From Elusimicrobiota bacterium (GTDB lineage: Bacteria > Elusimicrobiota > Elusimicrobia > UBA1565): 22,442 nucleotides of DNA. Each line of letters opens with the position of its first letter. The first letter of the stretch is position 1. Positions 1 through 9,700 of this stretch are shown piece after piece. The stretch is from contig JBDRPD010000023.1 in assembly GCA_043827405.1 (NCBI GenBank), positions 1-22,442 on the forward strand, given 5' to 3'. Below the pieces are notes generated by a model. It had not been told where the DNA came from. It saw only the letters and a program-made list of their open reading frames with translations, and did no database searches. The position numbers and the translations under genes were made by a program.

Positions 1-2
1 TG

Positions 3-1424
3 CCGTCGATCCTATTCACCCAGCCGCGCACCGTTAAAGTGCAGGACCTGCGTCAGGCAACGGTCACGCCGGGCAAGGCCGCGGCCGCCGTCAAGCAGAG
101 GGTGCAAGCCGCGTTCTCCGCGCTCTCCTCGGCCAAGAACCTCACTGAAAAATCCGCGGAGCTCAACGCCTTGTTCGACGGGTCCGGCGCGCCGTCCGCG
201 GCGCCGGAGGAACGCTTCAGCGCGGATACGCGGCGCCATGCCGAGCGGGCGCGCGCCGTCCAGGCCACGGACCGCGGCCTCCTGCGCTCCCAGGACATCG
301 ATGCCGGGCTGCGGATTCTGCGCGCCGCCTCGCGCCCGGACCATCCCGACGTCCGGAAGCTCATCGCAGCCATCTCCGAGCGGCACCCCGAGCTGCCGCT
401 GCGCGCCGACCGCGTCTTCATGATCCAGGACGCCGAGCTGCTCAAGGCCTTGGGCCTGCCGGCCGACGCCGCCGGCGCCGCCCGCATCCTGACCGACGGC
501 GTCCGGCGCGAAAAAGTGATTCTCATCAACGCCGTCAAGCCGGTTTCGCTCGACGACTTCATCGAGTTCGCGATCCACGAGGCGGTCCACCTGATGGACG
601 AGGGCATCCTCGGCGTCGAGAACGACCGCGTCCTCCTGCACTGGCTGGCGGAAGGCTATACTCAGCTGCGCTCGCATGAAATGAGCCGGCGGTCCCTGCG
701 GCAGCTGGCACGTCCGGCGCGCGAAAACAGCGCCTACAGCAAAGAAGTGACCTTGGTCGAAAAGATCATCGAACGCTACGGGCGCGAACCGCTCGACGAC
801 CTGGTGCAAAACGGCTCGCTTAAGGGTCTGTGGAACGCGCTCGGCAAGCGCTGGGAGTTCGCCCAGCAGCTCGCGGACCTCAACGATCATCGCGGCAGCA
901 CGCGCGAAAAAATTCTCGACGCCGTCTATGCGGTCGTCATGAGCGAGCAGTTCGGGGACAAGGAGCTCGCCTACGTCACCGACTACTTCAATCTCGCCCC
1001 CGCGGAGTCGGCTCCCGCGGCATACGAGGAGCTGGCCTTCGCCGCGGCCGCCCCGGGAGAGCTGGCCAAGCTCGCCGACGACCTGGGCGCTGAGCGAGGC
1101 CTGAAGTCCAACACCATGACGTCGCTGGACTTCCTGGACCTCCTGCGCGGCGCCCGCGCCCGCTACCTGGCGCGCGGCAAGAGCTGGGCGCCCAGCCCGG
1201 CGGCGCTGCGCAGCGCCGGAGTGGTCCTTACCCATCTCATCCGCATGATCGAAACCATGCTGCCGGCCGACGCGCAGCTCAATGCCGGCATCCGCCGGGC
1301 CCTTTCCGTCTGGGACGTCTTCAACCAGGAGATGTCGCGGGCGACGGAACAGGGCCGGCTCTCCGCTATCGAGGCGGAAGCGCGGCTGTTCGCCGACCAG
1401 GTCGAGATCTCAGTCGACAGGTAA
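3..1424 (+). CDS. Putative zinc metallopeptidase (gluzincin-like HEXXH...E) with Ala-rich N-terminal region; 5'-truncated by window edge
   Basis: The frame is open from position 3 (no stop upstream of the GTG at 39). Motif FAIHEAVH is followed ~21 residues later by WLAEGYTQ, the HEXXH + WLxEG third-ligand arrangement. GC-rich third codon positions. Confidence 0.7.
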   Translation, partial: PSILFTQPRTVKVQDLRQATVTPGKAAAAVKQRVQAAFSALSSAKNLTEKSAELNALFDGSGAPSAAPEERFSADTRRHAERARAVQATDRGLLRSQDIDAGLRILRAASRPDHPDVRKLIAAISERHPELPLRADRVFMIQDAELLKALGLPADAAGAARILTDGVRREKVILINAVKPVSLDDFIEFAIHEAVHLMDEGILGVENDRVLLHWLAEGYTQLRSHEMSRRSLRQLARPARENSAYSKEVTLVEKIIERYGREPLDDLVQNGSLKGLWNALGKRWEFAQQLADLNDHRGSTREKILDAVYAVVMSEQFGDKELAYVTDYFNLAPAESAPAAYEELAFAAAAPGELAKLADDLGAERGLKSNTMTSLDFLDLLRGARARYLARGKSWAPSPAALRSAGVVLTHLIRMIETMLPADAQLNAGIRRALSVWDVFNQEMSRATEQGRLSAIEAEARLFADQVEISVDR

Positions 1425-1477
1425 GCCCGCCGTCTTCCGACGGAACTTTGTACAATGAGGAAATTCAGGTAAAAACT

Positions 1478-2368
1478 ATGGCCGATATATCCAAGCGCGT
1501 AAAAAATACCCAGAAGCCGCCGGACGAGCAGCTCGCGGAAAAGCCGCCTTTTCCCAAGAGCCTGAAAATCGAGATCACCTCGCGCTGCGACCTGAAATGC
1601 TACTTCTGCACTCTGACCTACAAGGAGCGCGGCAAGGGGGACATCGACCGCGACCTGCTGTTCAAGATCATCCGCGAGGCCAAAGACCTGGGCGTGAAGG
1701 ACCTCGGGCTGTTCTGGCTCGGCGAGCCGCTGCTCGTGCCCCAGCTTCCAGAATACGTGGCCTACGGCAAAAAAATTGGCATTCCCTACGTCTTTATCAC
1801 CACCAACGGCCGCATGGCGACGCGCGAGCGCATCGCGCCGCTGATCGACAGCGGGATCGACAGCATCAAGTTCTCCTTCAACGCGGTAACCCGCGACGAG
1901 TATAAAAAGGTGACCGGCGTCGACGCCTTCGAGCGCGTCCTCGCGAACATCGCTTCCACGCATGAGGTGCGGGGCGACCGGAAGAAGCCGTCGCTGTATG
2001 CGAGCACCGTTTTCGATCCCAATAACGCGGCGAAGTTCGACCGGGCGGTGGAGCTTATCCGGCCTTACGTCGACGAGCACTACCGCCTGCGCCAATACGG
2101 GATTCAGGAGGGCAACACCTCCGAGGTCCGCACCTTGCAGGAGATGCTGCCCTGCTGGTCGCTGTTCTCCATTCCTCATATCAGCTACCAAGGCCATATC
2201 AGCGCCTGCTACTGCGACCATGAGTCCAAGTTCTTCATGGGCGATCTCAACAAGATGTCGCTGCTGGAAGCTTGGCATTCGGACGCCTTCGTGAAGCTGC
2301 GCCGGCGGCACCTGGCTAAAGATGTCAGCGGCACGCCCTGCGCCGACTGCACGGCCTACTCGCACTAG
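1478..2368 (+). CDS. Radical SAM protein with C-terminal SPASM/Twitch-type auxiliary Fe-S domain
   Basis: CDLKCYFC (CxxxCxxC), GEPLL and TTNG motifs. C-terminal PCWSLF...GHISACYCD...MGDL...SLLEAW...PCADC. ATG at 1478 preferred over TTG at 1448 (GAGG/AGGT upstream). Confidence 0.9.
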   Translation: MADISKRVKNTQKPPDEQLAEKPPFPKSLKIEITSRCDLKCYFCTLTYKERGKGDIDRDLLFKIIREAKDLGVKDLGLFWLGEPLLVPQLPEYVAYGKKIGIPYVFITTNGRMATRERIAPLIDSGIDSIKFSFNAVTRDEYKKVTGVDAFERVLANIASTHEVRGDRKKPSLYASTVFDPNNAAKFDRAVELIRPYVDEHYRLRQYGIQEGNTSEVRTLQEMLPCWSLFSIPHISYQGHISACYCDHESKFFMGDLNKMSLLEAWHSDAFVKLRRRHLAKDVSGTPCADCTAYSH

Positions 2369-2387
2369 CACAGTAATCCATATCTTA

Positions 2388-2416
2388 TGGCGAAAATTGG
2401 CTTTATCGCCAGTTTT
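2388..2416 (+). terminator. Possible intrinsic terminator of the radical SAM gene
   Basis: TGGCGAAAA...TTATCGCCA imperfect inverted repeat followed by GTTTT, about 20 nt after the stop codon. Confidence 0.35.
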
Positions 2417-2534
2417 AGCATCTATTTTTAATTACTTTTGCATTTTTGTTACAGTTCCCTTGCATAAAATGCGATTTTCTGCTATCTATACAGTACGCCG
2501 ATATTTAGGCGGCCGCGAAAAGAGAGGCTGGATT

Positions 2535-4655
2535 ATGGGATTATCCCCGGTGCGCAATGAAGTGATCGAGAGCTACGGCAAGCTGACCTTCGACAAGACG
2601 GCGATGGCGAACCATATGAGCGAGTCGGTCTACCGCACCCTCATCGATACCATCGACAACAACGAACGGCTCGATCCGGAAATCGCGGACGCGGTGGCGC
2701 ATGCCATGAAGGAGTGGGCCATCAGCCAGGGGGCGACCCATTTTTGCCACTGGTTCCAGCCGGTGCGGGGCGTGACGGCGGAAAAACACGACGCCTTCCT
2801 TTCATTCGATGAAGGCGGCGAGCCCATCCAGCGATTCTCCGGCCGCCAGCTGATCCAGGGCGAGCCCGACGCCTCGTCGTTCCCATCCGGCGGCCGGCGC
2901 TCCACCTTCGAGGCCCGCGGCTACACCGCCTGGGACCCGACCTCGCCGGCCTTCATTATGAAGACGGGAAAATCCGCCACGCTCGCGATACCGTCCGTGT
3001 TCCTCTCCTGGACCGGCGAGGCGATGGACATGAAGACGCCGCTGCTGCGCGCCCTGTCGGCGGTGGAAAGGAGCGCCTTCCGGCTGATCAAGCTGTTCGG
3101 CAACCGCGCTTCCAAGCATGTGCGGATGACCCTCGGACCGGAGCAGGAATACTTCCTGGTCGCCAAGGATTTTTTCGACCGGCGCCCCGACCTCCTCTAT
3201 ACCGGGCGGACCTTGGTCGGCGCCGCGCCCGCCAAGGACCAGCAGATGGAGGACCACTACTTCGGCAGCATCAAGCCCAAGGTCCTCGACTATATGGCCG
3301 ACCTCGACGCCCGCCTTTTCGCGCGCGGCATTCCAGCCAAGACGCGCCACAACGAGGTAGCGCCCAACCAGTTCGAGCTGGCGGTCCTCTACGAGGAAGC
3401 CAACCTCGCCATTGACCACAATCTGCAGGCGATGGAGATCATGCGCCAGGCGGCCGACGAACACGGCTTCGCGCTGCTGCTGCACGAGAAGCCGTTCGCC
3501 GGCATCAACGGCAGCGGCAAGCACCTCAACTGGTCGCTGGTGGACTCCGAAGGCCGCAACCTGCTCTCGCCCGGGGATAACCCGAAGAAGAACATTCAGT
3601 TCCTGACCTTCACCGCCGCGGTCCTCGCCGGCGTGCACAAGTACGGACGGCTGCTGCGCTGCGCGGTCGCCGACGCCGGCAACGACCACCGCCTCGGCCA
3701 AAACGAGGCGCCGCCCGCCGTCATGTCGGTCTACCTGGGGGACTATCTCGACGCCCTGCTGACCGAGTTCGAGAAGGGCAAGACGGATTCGCCGCAGGTC
3801 CGCGCCGACCTCGACCTCGGGCTGAAAAAGCTCCCGCAGGTCAAGCTCGACAACTCGGACCGCAACCGCACCTCGCCGATCGCCTTCACCGGCGACAAGT
3901 TCGAGTTCCGCGCCGTCGGCGCCTCGCAGAGCTGCTCCGAGCCGGCGGCGGTCACGGCGCTGCTGCTCGCTTACGGCATCGACGCCGTCCTCCAGCGGAT
4001 CGAGCGGCAGCGCGGCGCCGACATCACCGCCAAGGCGCTCAAGGTCATCAAGGAGATCGTCAAAGAAACCAAGTCCATCCGCTTCGAGGGAAACAGCTAC
4101 GAAGCCTCCTGGGTTCAGGAGGCGGAAAAGCGCGGCCTGCCCGCGGCGAAGGACACTCCGTCGGCCCTCGAATCCATGACGGCGGCGGAAACCGTCGCCC
4201 TCTACAAAGAATACGGAGTCCTCACCGAGGATGAGCTGTACGCCAAGCAGGAAATACGTCTCGAGGCTTATATCAAGACCAAGGAGATCGAGCTGAACCT
4301 CATCAAGGAAATGGCCTTGACCAGCATCGCGCCCGCCCTGATCCGGGAGATCAACTCCTTCGGCGCCGCCGCCGGAGCGCTCAGGCAGGCAAAGGCGCCG
4401 GACTCGGCCGTCAACCAGCGCGTCAAGCTGTACGGCGGGATTCTCGGCGACCTGTATGCCGGCGTCGAAGCTGTCGACGGCGTCCTGAAGAAAGCGGAAG
4501 CGCAGAAAGGAGCGCTTAGGCGAGCGCACTTCCTCGCCGCCGAGGGAGTGGCGGTTCTGGTGCGGCTGCGCGCGGCCTGCGACCAGGCGCAGAAAGCCGT
4601 CAATAATGCCGAGTGGCCGTATCCGAGCTACCGCGAGCTGCTCTTCCTGCTGTAG
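2535..4655 (+). CDS. glnA: Glutamine synthetase type III
   Basis: GSIII motifs HFCHWFQP, EKHDAF, GEPDASSFPSGG, TFEARGYTAWDPTSPAF, HNEVAPNQFE, LLHEKPFAGINGSGKHLNWS and DRNRTSP..FTG.KFEFRAVG. ATG at 2535 with GAGAGG upstream gives 706 aa. The track's extension to 2322 runs through AT-rich intergenic DNA. Confidence 0.95.
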   Translation: MGLSPVRNEVIESYGKLTFDKTAMANHMSESVYRTLIDTIDNNERLDPEIADAVAHAMKEWAISQGATHFCHWFQPVRGVTAEKHDAFLSFDEGGEPIQRFSGRQLIQGEPDASSFPSGGRRSTFEARGYTAWDPTSPAFIMKTGKSATLAIPSVFLSWTGEAMDMKTPLLRALSAVERSAFRLIKLFGNRASKHVRMTLGPEQEYFLVAKDFFDRRPDLLYTGRTLVGAAPAKDQQMEDHYFGSIKPKVLDYMADLDARLFARGIPAKTRHNEVAPNQFELAVLYEEANLAIDHNLQAMEIMRQAADEHGFALLLHEKPFAGINGSGKHLNWSLVDSEGRNLLSPGDNPKKNIQFLTFTAAVLAGVHKYGRLLRCAVADAGNDHRLGQNEAPPAVMSVYLGDYLDALLTEFEKGKTDSPQVRADLDLGLKKLPQVKLDNSDRNRTSPIAFTGDKFEFRAVGASQSCSEPAAVTALLLAYGIDAVLQRIERQRGADITAKALKVIKEIVKETKSIRFEGNSYEASWVQEAEKRGLPAAKDTPSALESMTAAETVALYKEYGVLTEDELYAKQEIRLEAYIKTKEIELNLIKEMALTSIAPALIREINSFGAAAGALRQAKAPDSAVNQRVKLYGGILGDLYAGVEAVDGVLKKAEAQKGALRRAHFLAAEGVAVLVRLRAACDQAQKAVNNAEWPYPSYRELLFLL

Positions 4656-4684
4656 CGGCGCGCAAGAAAACGTAAAATGGGGAG

Positions 4685-6754
4685 ATGCCGACGCTGCGCG
4701 CGTCTCTCGTAACACTATGTCTTCTCTCGGCGCCGGCCGGCGGCGCGGAGTCCTGGCGCGATAAGGGCACGACGCTCTACTACCGCGGCGAGCTGACCGC
4801 GGCCGCCCACGCCTTCGAAAAAGCCGTCGGCCGGTCGCCGCAGTCGGCGGCGGCCCACCTCGACGCCGCCGTCGTATACCGCGACCTCGACGAACATGAC
4901 CGCTCGCGCCGGCTGTTTCACCTGGCGGCGAAGCTCAGCGACGGCGACCCCGACATCCACGCGGCGCATGGCTGGGCGGCGCTGCGCAGCGGCAAGCTGG
5001 AAGAAGCCCGCGCGGCGTTCAACGCCGCGCTCGCGCGCAGGACGGGCCATCCGCAGGCGCTCGCGGGCCTCGCCCACCTGCAGCTGCGCCAGGGGAAATA
5101 CCTGACCGCGCTCAGCACCGCCGAGCGCCTCACCGCCCTGCGCCCCGACATCACTCTGGGGCATGTGCTGGCCGGCCGCGCGCACGACGGTTTGGGAGAC
5201 AAGCGCAAGGCGGCGGAGGCCTATGTCGACGCCCTGGAGTCCGACAACACCTACTCCGAGGTGCGGCTGTGGCTCGGCCCGCTGTATAAATCCCTGCACC
5301 ACTACAACGACGCTTGGCGGCAGTACGCCAAGGTGCTCTTCGTGAGCCCGCGGCACGACGGGGCGGCGATTGAAAAGAAGCACCTAGCCGCGCTCATCAC
5401 GCGCCAGCCCCAGGAGATCATCCCGTCTGTCAAGCTAAAGCACCACCTTCCTATCTGGACCGCCAAGGAACACCGCAAAATGCCCGTCATCCGTGTCGCC
5501 ATCGGGACCACCGCGCAGGGCAACCCCGCAGCCAAGAAGACCGTCGCCTTCACCTGCGACGGGCCGTTCGAGGTCTTCGATCCCGAGACGGGAAAAACCC
5601 TGGCCGTCGGCCCGGCCCGCCAGGTCTGGACCGCGCGCCGCGTCCGCCGCGGCCGCGGCTACGCCTTCGAGCTGCTCGACCACAATAAACGCGTGCGCAC
5701 GAATTTCCGCAAGGTTATCGCCGTTCGGCCGCAGGACCTGCGCCGGCACTCCCTGATGTTCCAGCGGCTGGAGATCGCCTCCGGAACCGTATGGGAATTC
5801 CAGGGCGACCGCCAGCTCAAAGGCATTATCGAAATCCGCGCTCGCGGCCAGCAGGGGCTGTACCTGATAAACGAGCTGCCGCTGGAAGACTATACGTACG
5901 GGGTCATCAACCAGGAGATGCCGTCGCGCTATCCGCTCGAAGCGCTCAAGGCCCAAGCCGTCATCGCCCGCAACCATGCGCTCCAGTCGCAAAGCTACCG
6001 GCTGCACAGCCGCGACCGCTATGACCTCTGCGACGGCCAGCACTGCCAGGTTTTCAGCGGCGTCTCCGGCGAGACGAAAAAGGGACGCCAGGCGGTCGAC
6101 GCCACGCGCGGCGAGGTTCTCAAGTACCGGGGGCGGCTCGCGCATACGCCGTACTCCTCCAACTGCGGCGGACACACCCAGGACTCGGGAGAAGTGCAGG
6201 GCTGGAGCCGGTTCCCGTACCTCAGCGGACGCAAGGATACGGCCGGCGGCCCGGTGGAGCAGAAGAGCCCCTGGGAGCTCGATCGCTGGTTCAAGTCCCG
6301 GCCGGATGTCTTCTGCAATATCCCCGAATACATGCACTCGTCCCAGTTCCGCTGGTCGCGCATCATCTCCGCCAACGAGCTCGGCGACCGCATCCGCCGC
6401 GTCTCCGGCAAGTTCGGGCTGCTGCGCAAGATCCGAATCCTCAAGCGCAGCCTCTCCGGCAACGTCAACAAGATCGAGTTCCGCGGCACGCGCGGACGCC
6501 TGGTCGTGGACCGCGAGCAGCGCATCCGCGGCATCATGGGGGTGAGCTCGATCCGCAACACGTCGTTCAGCCTCGAGGTCGACCGCAACGCCGACGGCGT
6601 GCCCACCGACATCTTCGCCTACGGCGCCGGCTGGGGGCATTCCATCGGGCTATGTCAGATCGGCGCCGCCGGGCGCGCGGCGCGCGGCCAAAGCTACAAG
6701 GAAATCGTGACGCACTACTATAAGGGGACGGAAGTCCAAAACCTGGGATATTAA
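4685..6754 (+). CDS. TPR-repeat + SpoIID/LytB domain protein (putative peptidoglycan lytic transglycosylase), exported
   Basis: N-terminal signal-like segment and several TPR-like helical repeats. SpoIID motifs INELPLEDYTYGVINQEMP, EALKAQAVIARN, DLCDGQHCQVF, YSSNCGGHT and GAGWGHSIGLCQIGA...Y.EI..HYY.GT. Confidence 0.9.
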   Translation: MPTLRASLVTLCLLSAPAGGAESWRDKGTTLYYRGELTAAAHAFEKAVGRSPQSAAAHLDAAVVYRDLDEHDRSRRLFHLAAKLSDGDPDIHAAHGWAALRSGKLEEARAAFNAALARRTGHPQALAGLAHLQLRQGKYLTALSTAERLTALRPDITLGHVLAGRAHDGLGDKRKAAEAYVDALESDNTYSEVRLWLGPLYKSLHHYNDAWRQYAKVLFVSPRHDGAAIEKKHLAALITRQPQEIIPSVKLKHHLPIWTAKEHRKMPVIRVAIGTTAQGNPAAKKTVAFTCDGPFEVFDPETGKTLAVGPARQVWTARRVRRGRGYAFELLDHNKRVRTNFRKVIAVRPQDLRRHSLMFQRLEIASGTVWEFQGDRQLKGIIEIRARGQQGLYLINELPLEDYTYGVINQEMPSRYPLEALKAQAVIARNHALQSQSYRLHSRDRYDLCDGQHCQVFSGVSGETKKGRQAVDATRGEVLKYRGRLAHTPYSSNCGGHTQDSGEVQGWSRFPYLSGRKDTAGGPVEQKSPWELDRWFKSRPDVFCNIPEYMHSSQFRWSRIISANELGDRIRRVSGKFGLLRKIRILKRSLSGNVNKIEFRGTRGRLVVDREQRIRGIMGVSSIRNTSFSLEVDRNADGVPTDIFAYGAGWGHSIGLCQIGAAGRAARGQSYKEIVTHYYKGTEVQNLGY

Positions 6755-9700
6755 ATGCATGAGATAAATCTGCCCGACCGCATCCTGCGCCGGTTTTTCG
6801 CCGCGGTATTTCTTTCGGGCGTCGCCGGGCTGGTCTACCAGGTGGTCTGGCACAAGTATCTCGCCATTCTCCTGGGCTCTCATGCCCGCGCCACCGCCGC
6901 CATCCTCGCCGTCTTTCTCGGCGGGCTCGGCGTCGGCTACGGGCTCTTCGGCGGCTGGTCGGTCAAGCGCCGCGGCGGCCTGCTCATCCTCTTCGCCTAC
7001 ATCGAGCTCGCGCTCGGCACCTACGCGCTGCTGTTCCCTTACCTGTTTCGCGCCGCCTTCGCCGCCGCCCCCGGGCTCGACGGGGTGTTCGGCGTCAACA
7101 GCCCGGTCACCGACCTGCTTTTGGCGGTACTGCTGATCGGTCCGCCGACCGTTCTAATGGGGGGGACTTTGCCGCTTTTGACCCAGGCTCTCAGCGGCGA
7201 CGTCAAAGCCGCGAGCCTGGCGCATGCGCGCATCTACGCCTTCAACACTTTGGGCGCCGCCGCGGGAGCGCTGCTCGGCGGCTACCTGCTGATCCCGCTG
7301 CTGGGCCTGCCCGTTTCGCTGCGCGCGGGCGCCCTGCTCAATATTATGGTCGGCGGCGCCGTATACTCCTTTGTCGTCCATTCTCTCGAAGCGGACTCCG
7401 GCGAGCGCCTCCCGGCGGCGCCGTTTCTCGCCGGCTACGCCGGGCTGTCGGCCCCCCAGCTGCGCCTGATCCTGATCGGCCTGCTCTCGGGATTCTATGT
7501 CCTGACTTTGGAGACGCTGCTGATCCGTCTCATGGGGCTGTCGACCGGCTCCTCCGGCTACCACTTCGCGCTGATCGTATCGATCTTCATCCTGGGGCTC
7601 GGCCTGGCGCCGCTGGCGGCGCGGCGCATCGCGGAATATACTCCCGGGCACCTGTTCGGCAACCAAGTCGCGGTTACGGTCCTGCTGCTCGCGGTCTATC
7701 TCAGCGGCGACTTCTGGCCTTATGCGGCGCACCTCCTGCGCATTCCCTTCCGCGAGCAGACGCAGAACTACTACCTCTACCAGGCGCTGCTTGGCGCAAC
7801 CCTGACGGCTTTTCTCATCGTTCCCATCGGCGCCTGCGGGCTGACGCTCCCCGTCTGCTTCCATCTCCTGAAAGACCGGCGGGATACGCTCGGACACCGG
7901 ACCGGCCTGCTCTACGCCGCGAACACCGCCGGCAGCGTGCTCGGCGGCCTGCTGGGAGGCTACGTCCTTTTCTACTTCGCCAACATCGACACGCTGTTCA
8001 AGGTGGTCGTGGCCGCCGCCGCCGCCACCGCGGCCGCCGCGGCATTCTCGTACCGCCGTGAAGGCAGCGCCCGGCGGCTGGCCGCCGGCCTGCTGACCGT
8101 CCTGGCCGCGCTCGTCGTCGCGCTCGCCGCGCCGCCCTATCACAAGGACAACTACATCCAGCCGTTCCGCCAGGCCCAGCCCGGCCCGGGCAGCTATGAC
8201 GGGCCGAGCGCCTTCCGCAAGCACCTGGCGCGAAACATGCGGCATATCTTCTACGAAGACGGCCCCAACACCTCCGTAGGCATCGGCGTAAACCTCGACG
8301 CCAAGGGCGAAGAGACCGGCCGCTCCATCCTCGTCAACGGCAAATCCGACGGCAATACGTCGGGGGACCGCTTCACGACCATGATGCTGGGACATCTGCC
8401 GGCCCTGCTGGCCGCGCGGCCCGAACGCGCCTGCGTGATCGGCTTCGGCACCGGCATCACCGCCGGCGTGCTGGCGCGCTACGGCGCGGTACGGACCGTC
8501 GATATCATCGAGATTTCCCCGGTCGTCCGCCGCGCCGCGCATTTATTCGACGCCTACAACGGCGAGGTGACGAAAAACCCCAAGATAGAGTTTCGCGAGA
8601 TGGACGCTTTCCGCTTCCTGCTGTCGGCGCCGGAGCGCTTCGACCTGATCGTCAGCGAGCCGAGCAACCCCTGGGTGCAGGGGGTCGAGAACCTCTACAG
8701 CACGGAGTTCTACCGCATCGCCAAGCGCCGCCTAGCGGATGACGGGCTGTTCGTCCAATGGATACATGTCTACTCCTTTACCGACGATCTCTTCCGCACC
8801 GTCCTGCGCACCATGGGCGGGGAGTTTCCCTACGTCTCCGTATTCCAGCTCGGCAAGGGCGACCGCGCCGTCATCGGCCATTTCCGGCCGTTCGCTCTGG
8901 CCGACCTGGAGCGGTCGGCAAAGAGGATGCGCGACGATCCCGCCGCCGCCGCCGCGCTGCGCGATGCGGGGCTCACGGAGTTCCACGCGGTCGCCGCGCT
9001 CGAGGTCGCGCCGCCGGGAATCAACCGGACGCTGGCCGCGGGCGCGCTTCCCCAAACGCTGGAGAATCCGCACCTGAGCCGGCGGGCCGCGCTCGCCTTC
9101 TTCGCCGAAGAGCAGGCCGACATCGACGTTCTGCGGCGCAGCCGCGGCAGCTACTTCTCATCGGTGCAGGACTCCATGCTCAGCCGCTACGCGGGGGCGC
9201 ATGCGCCGACCCCCGGGCAGCGGAGCGCGCTGCGCGCCTCCTTCTGCGAGCATGCGACCAGCAAGCTGGACCGGTTCTGCAAGGAGACGCTGCTGCTGGA
9301 GCTGGCGCGCGGCGCAGGAAGCGCGCTGGAGAGCCGGGAGCGAAAAAGACTGCATCCGCAGGAGGCCGCGGCGGCCGAGCTCTTCGCGACTCCCGCCCGA
9401 AACCGCCCGCCGCAGGCGCGGCTGGCGGAGATCGACGAGATGCTGCGCCTGCTGTCGCGCGTCTACTCGCCCCTCGCCCGCCTGCCCCTCGCGCGGCTGG
9501 AGGAGCGCCTCGACGCCTGCGTCCGTGCCGTGGCGTCCGCCGACGCCGTCCACGGCGAATGCCTGATCCGCCGCATGATTCTGGCCAAGATGCTCGACGC
9601 CGCCAAGGAGGACTATATTCACCGGCGGGACGAATTCCAGGCCTGGTTCGCCCGCCTGGCGCCCGCGACCCCGGACTATGAAAAGTACCGGCGCCTGCGC

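Noticed and set aside
3..2368. Peptidase + rSAM/SPASM as a RiPP cluster
   Set aside because: No precursor peptide, RRE/PqqD domain or transporter is visible, and the rSAM appears to have its own promoter.
2388..2403. TGGCGAAAATTGGC as a sigma54 promoter for glnA
   Set aside because: The GG-to-GC spacing is 9 nt rather than the required 10.
2322..2534. 71-aa N-terminal extension of GSIII in the ORF track
   Set aside because: It crosses the rSAM stop and AT-rich promoter DNA. ATG 2535 has an RBS and gives a normal GSIII length.
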